In this document: piece after piece, positions 13,141-27,059 of the stretch
How positions within the stretch are numbered: position 1 is the first letter of the stretch
Layout: every line of letters starts with the position of its first letter
Source: Carcharhinus longimanus
Lineage: Eukaryota
Direction: 5' to 3'
Assembly (NCBI GenBank): GCA_030264375.1
Contig: JASCQW010000105.1
Coordinates: forward strand, 52,772,114-52,836,113
DNA length: 64,000 nt
Made by a program: the position numbers and the translations under genes
Notes under the pieces: generated by a model
Databases searched by the model: none
What the model saw: the letters and a program-made list of their open reading frames with translations, nothing else
What the model was told of the DNA's origin: nothing

Positions 13141-13319
13141 TTTCCTTGACTATGCAACATTTCAGTGTTTCAAATTATCAAAGTAGTGATAAACTGTGGA
13201 CACCGCATGACAACTTAGAACATCCAGACTCTTGGCATTCAAAGGGTTAAGTGTAAGAAGAATGACTACTCTTGAAGCATATTTAACAGGTACTTTAGGT
13301 CAAGTTTTCAAATCATCAC

Positions 13320-13602
13320 CTGCTGGGAGAAATGCTGCTTTTCNNNNNNNNNNNNNNNNNNNNNNNNNNNNNNNNNNNNNNNNNNNNNNNNNNNNNNNNN
13401 NNNNNNNNNNNNNNNNNNNNNNNNNNNNNNNNNNNNNNNNNNNCCAGCATCTCTCTTTGTTCTTCCTGAGTGACCTTTGGCTGTCGTGGCAGGGTTTCAA
13501 CCTCCTGGATGGCTTCAATGGTTACTTGCTGGGGCAGAACCTGGAAGAGCGACATGACGTACATAATGATGGACTTCTTGTCTGGGTGTGCAGTTGCGAT
13601 GT
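13320..13602 (-). CDS. dmd: Dystrophin coding exon orthologous to human DMD exon 8 (end of CH2 domain / start of hinge 1), split by a 100-N assembly gap
   Basis: Acceptor ttctttttacag|AC (AG at 13604-13603, phase 1). Translation (D)[52 protein letters not shown], then gap, then EKQHFSQQ|gtgatg (GT at 13319-13318). Colinear with human [61 protein letters not shown]. Confidence 0.96.
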
Positions 13603-15762
13603 CTGTAAAAAGAATTGTGTATTTTTTAAAAAAAGGTTTGTTGACTTGCACTCTTAATGTAGGGAGATACACGCTGTTGCACTGCAAGAATCAACCAATC
13701 AACCCATCAGGAAGTAGACAGCCTAATGAACAAGGCAATTCTAGATGCACGTCCTCCAGAGACTAATTAGGGCAATGTGAGATATCTCTACACTTCAAAC
13801 TATCAGGCTTGCATACAAATGAAGATAGTACATAATTTCACGATGGTTATTATTTTCTTTCTTCAGGCAAAGCCAATTCTGTCACTGCTCTTCGAAAAAA
13901 AGCTGGCTGCTGACATTTCATATTTCACTGATTGTTATTATAAACAGACCTCATAGAAACAATTTGCCACATGCTGAACTGCCAAATCCTTTGAAGTTTA
14001 AAGTGGTAACATGGACATGGGTTCAACATAACAATTGCACCCACAACACAAACAATTGAGAATAAATGTTTCTAAAAGCATTCCTGAACCAATGGGGTAT
14101 TTAAAAATATACATAAAATAAGGGCATCATTAGTTTAATATTCTGCTCGTTATGTTTCTTTTCACAAGAAATAAATGAATGTAATTCCATTTCTGTGCTA
14201 TTTTGTGAATGAGTCTCATGTTGCCCGGCTCCAACAGTGAATCTCAAAAGTGGATTTCAGGCCTTGTTTTCTTGAAAATAACATTTCTTTTAATATCAAC
14301 ATCCCCCTCCCACACCCCAGCTACCACTCTTTTTGTCAGTAACGTCACCCACCCCCTTTCCCAGGGTATACTTCTGAGTACTCGGACATTCTTTGTACAC
14401 TAGTGATTATTCTTGATTGAGCCACAACAGTAATTCTCAGCAGCATGTTCGGCCACAGGGTACTGTATTCAAGATCGATGCTGCGTATGCCATTGGTCAG
14501 CAATCAAGACTTTCTCAGCCGAAACCTGAGACCCAGGCATCAGTTGCAGCATATAACATTGCCTTGCTGAGATGTGCAGGCTAGATGATCAACACTGATA
14601 CTCTCTGAGCATTAAAAAGCTTAAAATATGTTTCTCACCTCCTATCATATCCCAACATTTTTTTAATATAGAAATGGCTCTTACATTCTATATAATTGAA
14701 ACTGAAGTATTCATTTTCTGGAATTGTTAATGATTTCTTATATTTGACTCATTGTTTTGGTAATAAATATGAACAATCATAGCAGTTTTTGAAATTAATG
14801 GAAAAAGGAAAAGACTTTGTTTCAACCAAACAAGTCTCTAACTTTCATTGTCTTTGACTGTGTTCTTACTGTCAGGCAATCTAATATCAGTGACATCGGA
14901 GGCAACAAACTCAAGATAGGGTTTGTTGAATGAAACTGACTGTAACTGCAGTCCATGGCTTTGAATATGCAATGTTCATAGGCAGGGTGACATTTGGACA
15001 CAATGTGCTTTTAGTAATGCTTATGGATTTCCAAGGCAGAACAACAAAGTCACACAGGTGAATATACATTGGCTGCATGTGCAGAATGACTTGCACTTGC
15101 AGAGTTGCTTTCAAGTCACCTCTCCAACATCTGAGCATTTGCAGTTGCCCCATTTGTCCACTTTGCAGTGATTGTTTTGACTGAGAATGGTGACCCTTCT
15201 ACTTCTCTTACAAAGTGACAGGGGGATCTAGGTCTTAAGTGGTGGTAACACTGTACATTTGAAATCTCAATCAACAAAAGGTCATCAAACTGTGCAGATA
15301 CAACAGTGTCACCTGCTGATGGGCTCAACATGCAAGACAGCAGAGCAATTCTCTTGAGCTGGGACTTCTGATATGGCAGATCTGTATCGTGCTCACAGGC
15401 AACAGGACATTTGTATCATGATAGCACCATGTCTTTCCCTCTAAATCCAAGCAGCATCTTAAGCAGAACATGCAGGGAATTGTCGCTATGTTTTTAATCA
15501 GAAGGATGATCCAAAAATTCAGAAGCTAACCGTTACAGAATATTATGTTAAAAGCTGGAGATGTGGTTCTGGAACACAAACTTTATTGATAATAGATCAG
15601 CCATTGCAAAAAAAAATGAAAAGTTATTGCATTTTTAAAAAAGCTCATCTGTCAATGTCTTGTAATAAATGCAAGCCTGAATAAACTCAAGTGATTATTT
15701 CAGGAAATAACTGACCTCAAAGCAAACCACTGCAATGCATAGTTTGTTTATGCAGTCTTAAT

Positions 15763-16080
15763 GAGCAGCATGGAGGCACAATGGTTAGCACTGCTGGCTC
15801 AGCACCAGGGACCCAGGTTCAATTCTGGTTTTGGGTGACTGTGTGGAGTTTGCAGGTTCTTCCCATGTCTGCGTGGGTTTTTCCAGCTGTTCCAGTTTCC
15901 TCCCACGCTCCAAAGATGTGCAGGTTAGGTGGATTGGCCATTCTAAAATTGCCCCTTAGTATCAAGGGATTAGCAGAGGTAAATACATGGGGTTACGAGG
16001 TTAGGGCCTGGGTGGATTTGTTGTCAGTGTTGGCAAGATGCGCAAAATGGCCTCCTCCTGTACTGTAGAGATTCTATGAC
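15763..16080 (+). mobile_element. HE1 / V-SINE
   Basis: A box (ggcacaatggttagcac), B box (ggttcaattc), V-domain gtgtggagtttgca...gtctgcgtgggttt, LINE-derived tail ending attctatg. Confidence 0.9.
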
Positions 16081-17842
16081 CAATGTANNNNNNNNNNNNN
16101 NNNNNATAGAACTCCAGTAAATTTGTCAGACACGACTTCCCCTTAACGAAACCGTGCTGCGTCTGCTCTATCAAGCAATTCCACAAAATGCTAAAGGAAG
16201 AAAATGAATACCTACTTAATATAAAATATAAAAATAGAATTATGTGCCTTGCATTTAAAAGACAGTGACCCATCAAGGTCTTCAGGAAAATTCCTTAATA
16301 TTCCCAGTGAAACCCAATTATGAACTTAATCATCCTTAAATGTAGTAATAAATTAGAATATCTACTTTATTCAAAAACCCTCTAGGGTTACAGATAAACA
16401 TATTGCCACCATCTTAGATTTTCAGCAGTGTTTTACAGCATAATCACATCTTTAAATGCAAGAAGGTGCGTTACAGATTGAGAGTTTTCTCAATTCTATT
16501 CAATTACTGGGGCTAGGTTCCAAGGGGTCCCCCTGACAATGGAACTACTAATGGACTCCACTATGTGGCTCTAAGGCACACAGGCCACAAAGATACAGAC
16601 TTAACCCCCTGATTTGTAGAAGTAGATCTGACAGGGCAGGAAAAGAAACGTTCACTGATTTCACTCCCTCAGTGCAAAACTAAAACTCCGCTCCCAGGAA
16701 GTGGTCTTGGGCGGAATTTGATGATCGCATTATGGTTTTATAATAATTCACAGTTGATTAGCTTATTGTAACTTGGGAGGGGGATGTGGCGTATGCATTG
16801 GAGGGGATGGCAATATGAGGGACTTATCAGCCAATAAAAACCAGTGAGCAGGTCAACAGCCCCACTGAAGCCCAAGGTACATCTCAAGCAGGCTTGTAAG
16901 AAGGCAGACAATCTGCCCATCTGAAAACAAGAAAGGCTATTTAAATAACCAAATGGTTTAAATGTTCAGGAATAAATGCTATTGAGTGGCACTGATTGGT
17001 CCTTTCTTGGTCCTCTTGTGGGCTCCTAAAAAAAGTAGTCCAAGAAACTTACATTTTTTTTGGCATGTACAGGACTAACTGGAGTTCCCCTTCTGGGCAC
17101 TCAAAATTTACTGGCCTGCTGAGCTCCATTGAGGGCCACTTGAGATTATCTGTCTACCCATTCCTCACAATCCACCAATCTTTCTCCCCTTCAATATTCA
17201 ATCATCTCAGAAGCAGTAAGCTCAAGTGAATGCCCACTTGGTGCCCACAGCTCAGCAGCAGCAAGTAAATGAGTCTCTGACCTCAAAATTAGTTTGAGTG
17301 TCATGACTGCACACACAGACCACCGGCAGATTTAGTTCAGCTTGGACGTGATTTAAAATTTACATTCTTCAGCCTTTCAACTCAAATATCGTCAGTGGAC
17401 ACTTGGGTAAGGAACTAGATGGCTGCCATCACTAGTAAAAGGGTATGAGAATGAGGGAAAAAAAAGGATAATTTGAAATTAACAAGCAACCAAATCATAG
17501 CCACATTTTACTTCACTAACACTCATTCCTAGGGCTCTTACAACAGACTTTGCCAAATTGATGTTTTTCAAACAGGTACTGGATAAGGCAATACATGGCC
17601 AATCATTCTAATCTATTCACCAGTCAATGGTCGGCAGCTGATGCATTTGCATTTATTTAAGTCTTGACTTTATTTCTGTTAAGTCAGATAGAAGTCCAAT
17701 AAATAAAAGTATGGAGAGATAACTCAGTGTATGGAGTGCACATTCAGCTGAACGTGACAATGTCAGAATGTCCTGAACAATTGCAAGAAGTGTTGTCAGC
17801 TGGGGCAGCTTGACCTCCTAGTTTCAGAGCTTAGTTTTCAAG

Positions 17843-18127
17843 TTTATTTATTAGCATGTAGGCTTACATTAATACTGCAATGCAGTTATGGTGAAAATCA
17901 CCTAGTCGCCACACTCCGTTGCCTGTTCAGATACACCAAGGGAGAATTTAGCACGGCCAATGTACCAAACCAGCATGCCTTTGGACTATGAGAAGAAAAC
18001 AAAGCACCCGGAGGAAACCCATGTAGACACGTGTATAATGTGCAGACTCCACAGACAATGACCCAAAGCCAGGAATCAAACCAAGTCTCTTGCACTGCAT
18101 GGCAGCAGTGCTAACCACAGTGCCACC
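17843..18127 (-). mobile_element. V-SINE (HE1-related, tail variant ending cactaggtgatttt...aataaa)
   Basis: gcacccggaggaaaccc V-domain reverse complement, head gtggcactgtggttagcactgctgcc. A tail-only copy lies at 18870-18965. Confidence 0.85.
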
Positions 18128-18329
18128 TGTTTATTTATGCCACTTACGCAGCAGCTGGCAAAACTTTAGTGCATCCATAAGGCTGAGAACTTTGTGCAAA
18201 GCATATTTCAAGAGGCGATCACCTCACAGCTTAATAAAATGACTGGTTGGCTACCAAGCAGTGGAGAAGGAATAGGCAGGTAGTGCAGGTGTTCACTACG
18301 TAAATCTCATTCACCAGCCAGTGTCCAGT

Positions 18330-18790
18330 TAAAAATACTGGTGAGAGTGATGGTTGCTCAGAGAAGTGTCAGAGCGAACTCCAAGGCACAATGGGTCATG
18401 CATCTATACCTGGGGTGAGGGTGGAAGGTGCAGTGAGGAAGCAGGAATAATGGGAATATAGTTGCAATAGCATTTGTTATAATTAGGAAAACAGACAGCC
18501 ATTTCTGTGGTCATAGATGTAAGTCCAGAATGATATCCTGGCTCCCTAGTTTTGTGATCAAGGATGTCACTGAATGTTGCAGGTCACTTTGAACAGGGAA
18601 GGTGGTTGGTGGGGTGTGGTGAACAGCCAGAGGTCCTAGTCCATTTTGGCACCAATACAGCAGGAAAGGTTAAGGTCATATTTGAACAGGTCTTCAAAAA
18701 CCTTGAAAGGGTTTGACAGAGTAAGTAGGGTAAAAGTGGCTCAAGTGGCAGATAAGTCAATATTCAGAGGATACAAATTTAAGTTATTGA
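18330..18790 (+). mobile_element. CR1 ORF1 (SGNH esterase) fragment plus short ORF2 3' piece
   Basis: Decayed SRMISWLP...KDVT and PEVLVHFGTN motifs. Confidence 0.65.
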
Positions 18791-19984
18791 ACTATTTCCT
18801 TCTATGCTGCATCATTTTATAATTCTAAACCTTAATGTCGTTTTTAAGGTTCTCTGTCAACAGAAATTGTAAGTTTATTTATTGGTCACAAGTAAGGCTT
18901 ACTTTAATACTGCAATAAAGTTACTATGAAATTCCCCTAGTCGCCACAGTCTGGTGCTTGTTCGAGTTTAATTAAACCCGAAGAAAAGTTTGGAAAGCCC
19001 TTTCACATTTGTAATTTGATTATATCTAACATATACAATTTCTAAATATGAATGACTATTTTCATGTACAACCTTACCAGGTATCAGGGCTGAAGTTCAG
19101 TTCATTACAATAATCAACAGAATTGATTAATATGCAGAATCTGCTACTGGAGCTCAACAAACTAAAGAGCAATTCATTACTATGGTGCAGTAGATTGAAA
19201 TAATGATTCACACTGAAGCAATATCATGCAATGCAGTCAAATGTCTAATCTCATCCTTGGCTCTACACTTGCAGCATTGCCATTAACTTTGAATGGGTTT
19301 GCTTCAGCGTAAATTGGATTTAAATGTTCGACCTAAGGCCACAAATTACAGCAGTTCAATCCTAACAAAGTTCAGGACATTTGACAACTCCATTTTTTGT
19401 TTCAAAAGTTAGTTTGCAATCTTAGCTGTGCAAGACTATCAGTGCTTCATCGAGTAATTCAATGGAAAGAAAGACCCTGTAACACTTTATTTACTTCAAT
19501 ACAACATGATTTCCTGTTGCACTGCACAGGAAAATTCAGATCAAGTACAGTCTTCAGATAAGGAGTTGCTTGTGCCTGGAGACTAAGTGGATCAAGGCAT
19601 ACAGATGTATTTCAGCTCCCATTTTCACATAATACAACTTGGGCCAGAATTTCAGTGCAGGATTGAGAATTTGATACCTGGATAAATTCTGGATCCATCC
19701 CCTATGTCTGAGTTGTGTCGCTATCACAAAGCCATCTTGAAATATAAATGGCCTGATTAATCAGAAAGTGAGTTCATGGTCCAGGTGTGAAGTACCTCCT
19801 GAAGGCAAAAACTGCCTGCTGACACTTGCAGCAAAGGCCAACACAGCCTTTCTCACTTGAGTGAGCACTTCCTAGGAAGTGGAAAGGGTTGGACAACAGC
19901 CTTGCACAACAAGGTCAGAGTAGATCTGTTTAAAAGATCACTACTATAAAATAATTATTTGGGTCTTACAGAAAAACCAATATC

Positions 19985-20740
19985 TTTGATTTAATTTGTT
20001 ATTGTCACATGTATTAACATACAGTGAAAAGTATTGTTTCTTGCACGCTATACAGACAAAACATACTGATCATAGAGAAGGAAATGAGAGAGTGCAGAAT
20101 TAGTGTTACAGTCATTGCTAAGGTCTAGATCCACTGATTGCAAGGTAGGTCCATTCAAAAGTCTGACAGCAGCATGGAAGAAGCTGTTCTTGAGTCAGAT
20201 GGTACGTACAGACTTTTGTATCTTTTTCTCAACGGAAGAAGGTGGAAGTGAGAATGTCTGGAGTGCGTGGAGTCCTTAATTATGCTGTCCATTTTGCCGA
20301 GGCAGTGGGAAGTGTAGACCGAGTCAATGGGCAGGAGGCTGATTTGTGTGATGTACTGGGCTACATTCATGACCTTTCGTAGTTTCTTGCAGTTTTGAGC
20401 AGAGCAGGAGCCATGCCAAGCTGTGATGCAGCCGGAAAGAATGCTTTCTATGGTGCATCTGTAAAAGTCGTAGCTGCCATGCCAAATGTCCTTAGTCTTC
20501 CGAAAAAGCAGAGATGTTGATGGGTTTTCTTAATTATAGTGTCAGCATGGGGGGGACCAGGACAGGTTGTTAGTGATCTGGACACCTAAAAACTTGAAGC
20601 AATTGACCATTTCTATTTCATCCCTGTTGATGTAGACAGGGGTGTGTTCTCCTCTACGCATCCTAAAGTCGATGACAATCTCCTTCATTTTGTTAACATG
20701 GTGAGATTATTGTTGCTGCACCATTTCACCAGATTCTCTA
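19985..20740 (-). mobile_element. Rex1/Babar-like LINE 3' portion
   Basis: Minus strand FKFLGVQI..NL, KKTHQHLCFFRKTKDIW (decayed KKAQQRLYFLRKL), SIIKDSTH...FHLLP, tail (aaatc)n. Confidence 0.75.
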
Positions 20741-21289
20741 TAACTTGTGCAAGAGTGGTCAGGCTTGCTAGAAAAAAAATTCATTCTGCTCCATGTTGAC
20801 TACTTGACAAGCTCCCTGAAGAGCTTATGAGGCTCTTATTTGGCTTTAGCACCTTTCCCACTCCCTTCCACCCACATCTCATTTGCAAATCTGAAACTGT
20901 ACCAGAGATGTTGGGGTCCCAGTACAACCTCTGCAATTAGCGCCTGAGTCTACCAGCAACCTGGCCCTCTGTCTGAAATTTCCCTGATAATTTATTATGT
21001 CCATACTTATCGTATCTGCAGGCATAACATTTACAATTTATAAAGGAATTTGTATTGGTAAAAACATTAACAGAAAAAGTGCATACAAACATTTGAATTT
21101 TAAAACAGAGAAACCAGTAACATGTCGACACCTTAGGCACTGGCACCAGTTGCCTTTTTTATGCAATTGTCTTTATTTTTGAAATGGTCATTGCACGTGC
21201 TGTGCACATTTTCAATAGAATGGGGAAGTTTTTATTCAGCATCTATAGTGGGAGGCAATCTACTAACGTGAAGAGGGAATATAGTACAA

Positions 21290-21855
21290 TTGCTGCTATT
21301 TGGAGTGGTCAGGGGGCAAGGGGTGGTATTTCATGAGCAGAGACACACGAGATACATGTTCACAAATCTTTGAATGTGGCAGACAAGTTGATAATTTGGA
21401 TACATGGCTTTGTAAACAGGGGCACTGGGTCATTCTAAACATTTGCAAATAACTGATATGTGCTTGGCTGGAGTACTGTGTACATTTCTGGGTGGCACAT
21501 TAGGAAGCATGTCCAGGGCTTGGTGAGGTTACAGCCAAGTTTAGCAGGATGACACTAGTGTTGAGGGAACCTCAGGCACGTGGAGAGATTGGAGAAGCTG
21601 GCACTGTTCTCTTTCCCGCTGAGAGGATAAGCAGAGACAATTTGAGTTTTTCAACATTCCGATGGGGGAAACAATTTCCTCTGGCATGTGGGTCAGCAGC
21701 TAAAGGTCATAGATTTAAAATAATTGGCAAAAGAACTAGCTGGGAAATTAGGAGTTTTTTTTTCCCTACAGAAGAAAATGTAATGCATGGAAGCAGATTC
21801 TACAGGGATATTCAAAAGGGAGTTGAACATGTATTTCAAGGGGACTAATTTGCAA
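21290..21855 (+). mobile_element. Old CR1 RT C-terminal fragment
   Basis: ctggagtactgtgtacatttctgg (LEYCVHFW), GHRFKIIGK. Confidence 0.75.
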
Positions 21856-21899
21856 AGTTGTGTGAAATATTTTAGAAACATTAATTTGTTCTTGCTTGA

Positions 21900-24100
21900 A
21901 ATGATAGATTGGTGATCAATAGCATAACAACGTACAACAGTAAGTGACCAAGGTTTTACAAGTGTGCCCTCACCACCCGATAAAATTGGGAAGCCTCAAA
22001 CAAGGTGTATAAGAAGGGTGCAGTTAAAAACATAAACAATTTTAAAGAAAAAAGTGAACAGTGTATGAGCAATAAGGATAGAGAAAAATTCATACGTCAG
22101 ACAAACAAGTGTTTCTGGAATGGTTTTGTACTTCAAGATGGGTGATAAATTTGGTGAGGATGACCTTGTTTTTTGATATTCTTATCATTATTTGTATTTA
22201 TCTAATAAATCCCTTATCTAATATACCATTTATCTAATGAACCGTGACCGCCAAAGGCCACAATAGCTGAATAAAGACAAGCATGAAATATTGATTATGT
22301 GATGTCAAAACTAAGTTGTAAAAGCATGAAGATCAAAGAATAGGCAAAGACTGAAGGGGGTGAAAAATTCACCATCTCTACATGCGACTGGAGAGACTGG
22401 ATATGTGCAAGAGGTTGTGTGAAGAATTGTCATTTAAATAAAGTCAAAATGCAGCATGGTGTCTTTGGAACTTGGAGGAAACATGTGAGGCAGGATCAGA
22501 GGAAATACGACCACTTATGAAGACATAAGATGATCAAGTGGCAAAGAGAGAGATGCAAAGACAGACTGATATTTAACAAAGTTTCATGAAGGCAGCTTTA
22601 CAAAATGAAGCAGCTGGAGGAATTTAATTTCAGATCAGAGAAGAGCCAAAGGTTTCTCTTTATAACAAACTAAAATATTTCAACACAAATCCTGTGAATG
22701 ACACTGGAGACAATCTATTAATATTTCAGTCCAAAAGATGATATCTGAGACAGCAAACAGTGTATCAATCAATACCCTAGCACTAACAACATGATTTCCA
22801 GTGATGCTGATTTATTATACAATAGGGAATAAGTTAACAAGTTACTATGGAGTAACTGTTGATAGAATAAACAAGAGCTGGGGCTGGGAAGAAGTGGGAG
22901 AACTGTATATTTTTTAATAATGGTTCCAGAGGTGTAGACAGAGGGAGGTGGACTCAATCTGCAGCCAAGGGTTTGAGGTGGTAGCTGTTGGTTAGATTTC
23001 CAGGAATAGGGGAGAAAACAGAATGCAAGATCTATCTCCTCTATTTCACAAACAAATTCGGGGAGAATTGTGGATGAAAACCAGGTAGGGAGCCATTCTT
23101 TCAGGTTTGCCTCAATTATCCACTGAAACCTGGGAGCCCAAATATTTGTGGCAAATTCAAAGTAAATGGTACTGATGAGATAGTAATAACAGGCCTTGCA
23201 TCACAAGCCATTCCTGCCAGAGAAACACTGAACTTGAATGATGCTAACTTGCTGCTGGTGTCCAGCAATGCATTAGCAAGAAGATTAATTGAACTGCTGG
23301 TCACAGTGAAATTTGTAATGTAATGAGTTAATAAAATAGTTATGCCATTGAGTGATATCAACCATGATGCATCAGTGAGATCAACTCATGAGTATGGAAC
23401 ATTCTGTACTCAGGAGGAGCATACCTACTCTGCATCCTATCTTACATATTAGATGTCTGTAAATGAGTTTAAAACAGGTACCAGAGTAAGACTATAGTCT
23501 ATGTAGGGAAGATAGATCACGCAAACTAGAAGCCAACAACTATGCCAAAAGTATACAAAACAAAACTTAATGTATTCTTTTAAATCAGACCGTTTTCAGC
23601 CACCTTGCAGTAGATAGCTCCACTGCTGCATACATCCAAGGCCTACAATAATTTTTCCTCTCCACCACCACCTCCTCTTTTCCAGAGCTGGCTCTCACCA
23701 TGGCTGTTGAATCCTATTAAAATTATTTAAATGGCTGTGCCCTAGAAAATTTACCAGAAACATTGAGTGAGAAAGTTGGTTGTGCATTAAATCTATCTTA
23801 CCATCTCCTCCTCCAGGTTGCATCCTGGAAGATTTGGAAACCCCAAAAATGTCAATATTCAGCTGGGAAAGGGATCATTAAAGAGTAGCAGTTCTATCAG
23901 TATGGCACAAGAGAATGGATAAGGTGCAGTAGGAAATGATTTAATGTAGAGTGAAATCAACAAGCAAAGAATGAAGAGAGTTCAAATACAAGTGGAACTG
24001 TGAACAAGAAATGTGGGAGAAATTACACTGCCCTGGAGAACCCCAGAGTTAATGCAACAAAATAGTTAGGTTTAGGGATCAACTCAGGACAGGGTGCAGC
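21900..24100 (+). mobile_element. Possible highly decayed LTR/ERV internal region
   Basis: Purine-rich, with a faint zinc-knuckle-like (gactggagagactggatatgtgcaag) segment and a faint protease-like segment. No intact motif. Confidence 0.25.
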
Positions 24101-25344
24101 AATTTGAGAAGCTATATTTTTGCTTATAATCCACATGATAGTAATTTCTTCAGAACTATCAAATGGCAGACTCTGTTAAGGGCTGTGGAAGCATTCAAAG
24201 GAATGACTAAGTGTTCTAGGGCTGAGCTCCAAATGTACACACTATGGGCAACAGCAGCAGTGGAATTGTCACAACAAAAATTATTCCACCAATCTGAAAT
24301 TCAGCCAGAATTTTCAAGTCAATATATAATTTTAATGTTAGCCGCAACTCAATAACAGATTTAGGCAAATAGGTGTAATTTTCAGGACTCATATACTGGT
24401 ATGTAGATTTTCAGTTGATGTTAAAATGATGATTATCTATGGGGAACATATGTTAAAGTGATAAGCCCCTATGCACCTCTCAAACTTGAATATAAACCAG
24501 ACAAGTGCTCCATAACACTACTGGCGAACTTGTGCATTTGTATTAAATACCACTTCTGAGAGTCCCCTTACCAAGTGCTCCCTGGCTCCACATTAGGAAA
24601 GTACCTATTGCATTAAAGGCAGCCTTTTGACTTGCTGTTGGTAGCAAACAATGTTGCTTTGGCATCATTTCAGAGCAACACGTGCTGCCCCAGGAAACTA
24701 CACAGATGCAGTGACCTCACTTTATCCTGTGTGCACATTTGTGTGCAAGGTGCTGTAGGGTGAATCACAGTCTGGTTTGGTGTAATACGGATGCTAGCTG
24801 TCAGTGTTCATGCAATCTAAGACTTAGCAGGGGGTGGGGATTATGCTTGGAGCTAGAGACAGTGCTATGTGTGGGCTTGTTGACTCTTCGGCAGTATTGT
24901 CCAATCTCTTATGAAGGAGCAGGAGTTTGCTGATTCCCTGCACAATCAACTATAAACATAGATTCTGACACAGCAGATGAGATTTTGGAATTGGTTGATC
25001 ATTGTACACTTTAAGCCTCTATTTTGATAGATTGATCTGGGAATTCAGTGAACCTATGGGCCGAGTTTGGAATCTGATGCATGAATTTGAAGTTTAATTG
25101 AGTCATTCATAATGGTGCAAACTGCATTTGGAATTGTAATGCATGTTTTTCCAAGATCAGTTATTTTCAAGTTTCAACTTGCATTAATATAATCTAAAAA
25201 GATAAAACTTGCAGATAATTCCATTTCTCAAAATTGCAACGGATTAGCTTGAAGCGACACATGTAGGCAGGTATGTTTGCCATATTCTAAGCATACTGGG
25301 GAGAAATTCATTGGTGTAGCACCATGCACTATGAGTAAATGCAC

Positions 25345-25760
25345 AATGCCCCTGGAGTGCAGAGGAGGTTCACCAGGCTGATACTGGAGTTGAGGGGGTT
25401 GAGCTATGAAGAGAGACTGAATACTCGTACTGAATACTGAATACTCGTACTGAATACTGAATACTCGTACTGAATAGCTTGTACTCGTTGGAGTTTAGAA
25501 GGATGAGGGGGGATCTTATTGAGATGTATAAGATGATGAAGGGGATGGATAGGGTAGAGGTGGANNNNNNNNNNNNNNNNNNNNNNNNNNNNNNNNNNNN
25601 NNNNNNNNNNNNNNNNNNNNNNNNNNNNNNNNNNNNNNNNNNNNNNNNNNNNNNNNNNNNNNNNTTCAGATCAGCCATGATCTTATTGAATGGCGGGGCA
25701 GGCTTGAGGGGCTAGATGGCCTACTCCTGCTCCTATTTCTTGTGTTCTTATGTTCTTATG
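25345..25760 (+). mobile_element. Young CR1 3' end with internal gap
   Basis: VQRRFTRLI, YSLEFRRMRGDLIEMYKMMKGMDRV, tail ctcctatttctt(atgttctt)n. Confidence 0.9.
25416..25476 (+). repeat. 3 perfect tandem copies of 20-mer ACTGAATACTCGTACTGAAT
   Basis: Read directly: 25416-25435, 25436-25455, 25456-25475. Confidence 0.95.
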
Positions 25761-27059
25761 CATAGTCTGCAATCCGAGGTGCCTCACTTTCTTTGAAAAC
25801 AGCGGCTAAAAAGAGTAATAGCTTATGTAGAGTCTTGGTGTATGTAGACTAGTTCTGCCCATCACCAGTAGAACCCAGTCCCACCGAATTTCCCGCAGGA
25901 GGGGGTCTCATGATAGGACCGGAAAATCCTATCCAAACCGATAGTAGCACTAAGTTTAAAAGATAGTGCTTGTCTTCAGTGGAATATTCATGGTAGTAAA
26001 TTGTGTTCACGATTACAAATTGGCAGAAGGGTGAACTTCAGAAAAGCACACTGAATTGTTTTGCTTTTATGCCGTTGCACTTCTCCTTTGATAACATTGG
26101 TTCATGCTGGTGGTGCCATTTCCCATTATACTACACAGGTAACCAACCCCTGCACTGGAAGGGAGGCTATGAGCATCAGTGACATTTTTGACTGATTTTG
26201 AATTAATGCACAGGACTTTTGGATAAAATAAGTTTTGTTTTTCCCTGCATCAGATGTGGAGAATTTCCTTATTCTGAAATAACTGAAGTTAAAATGAAAG
26301 CTAGCTCTAAAATGTCAAAATGGAGACCAGAGCCCAGTAATCCAGGATGTAAGATCCGCAAATTAGTGAAGACACAGTGCCATGCCAGGTGCTGATAAAT
26401 TTATACATGACAAAGTATTAATACATTTGCAAGATTTGGAAGTGATCAGATGCATCATGCACAGCATGTTCCATTGTATCTTGATCGTAGTTGATTGACA
26501 CTTCAATTCACATGACATTTTGGACTGGATTGGGGTAAATACTAGGAGGTTGGATTAGGAATCCCTTTACTCATGTGCAACCTTACATTGAGAAGTCTAT
26601 AAAGATTTCCTCCCAAAAATCTTATGGATTAATCGACTTGTAAGGACTATTTCTGTGAAGAATAATTTAAATTCCTTTTGGCCTCATTCTATTTTTTTTG
26701 CTATATCGTACCTTCAGTAAATTGTGTCTTACTACTACCAGTGTATCATGAAACCTGCAAATCTACTTGTTTTAGATTGAATTCACTGTCCTGAGAACAT
26801 GGTAACCATTTACCAATTTATGTGGTAAATTATGACAATTTGGGTTGGGAAGACGCAAGAGTGATATTTGATATTTGCTGGTCCCAGCGATTCCCCCCTC
26901 CCCTGCCCATCAACCCACCCAAACCTCACCCCGTAATAATGTTACCGCAACATTCTAGAAAGGAACAATCTTTGCTTCTCTACTTTTTACAGGCTTCCCC
27001 TTTGCAACATCACCTTCAAATACAGAATCAGCTTCTATATATACGCAGTGATATACAGT

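Larger units (their letters stand above)
8371..13319 (-). other. dmd: dmd intron 8 (4949 bp)
   Basis: GT...AG bounded, phase 0, joins SQQ to ITV as in human. Confidence 0.92.

Noticed and set aside
13320-13602. Utrophin assignment
   Set aside because: The CH2 end resembles utrophin too, but PKVT.EE...H.SQQ and the downstream SYAYTQAAYV exon are dystrophin-specific.
13232-13766. Plus-strand ORFs over exon 8
   Set aside because: Antisense shadows of the dystrophin exon, partly run through Ns.
15763-15840. tRNA genes at SINE heads (also 54590-54668, 35250-35322)
   Set aside because: A/B boxes continue into V-domain and LINE tails, so these are SINEs rather than tRNA genes.
25416-25476. CRISPR-like array
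   Set aside because: Head-to-tail tandem repeat with no spacers, in eukaryotic LINE sequence.
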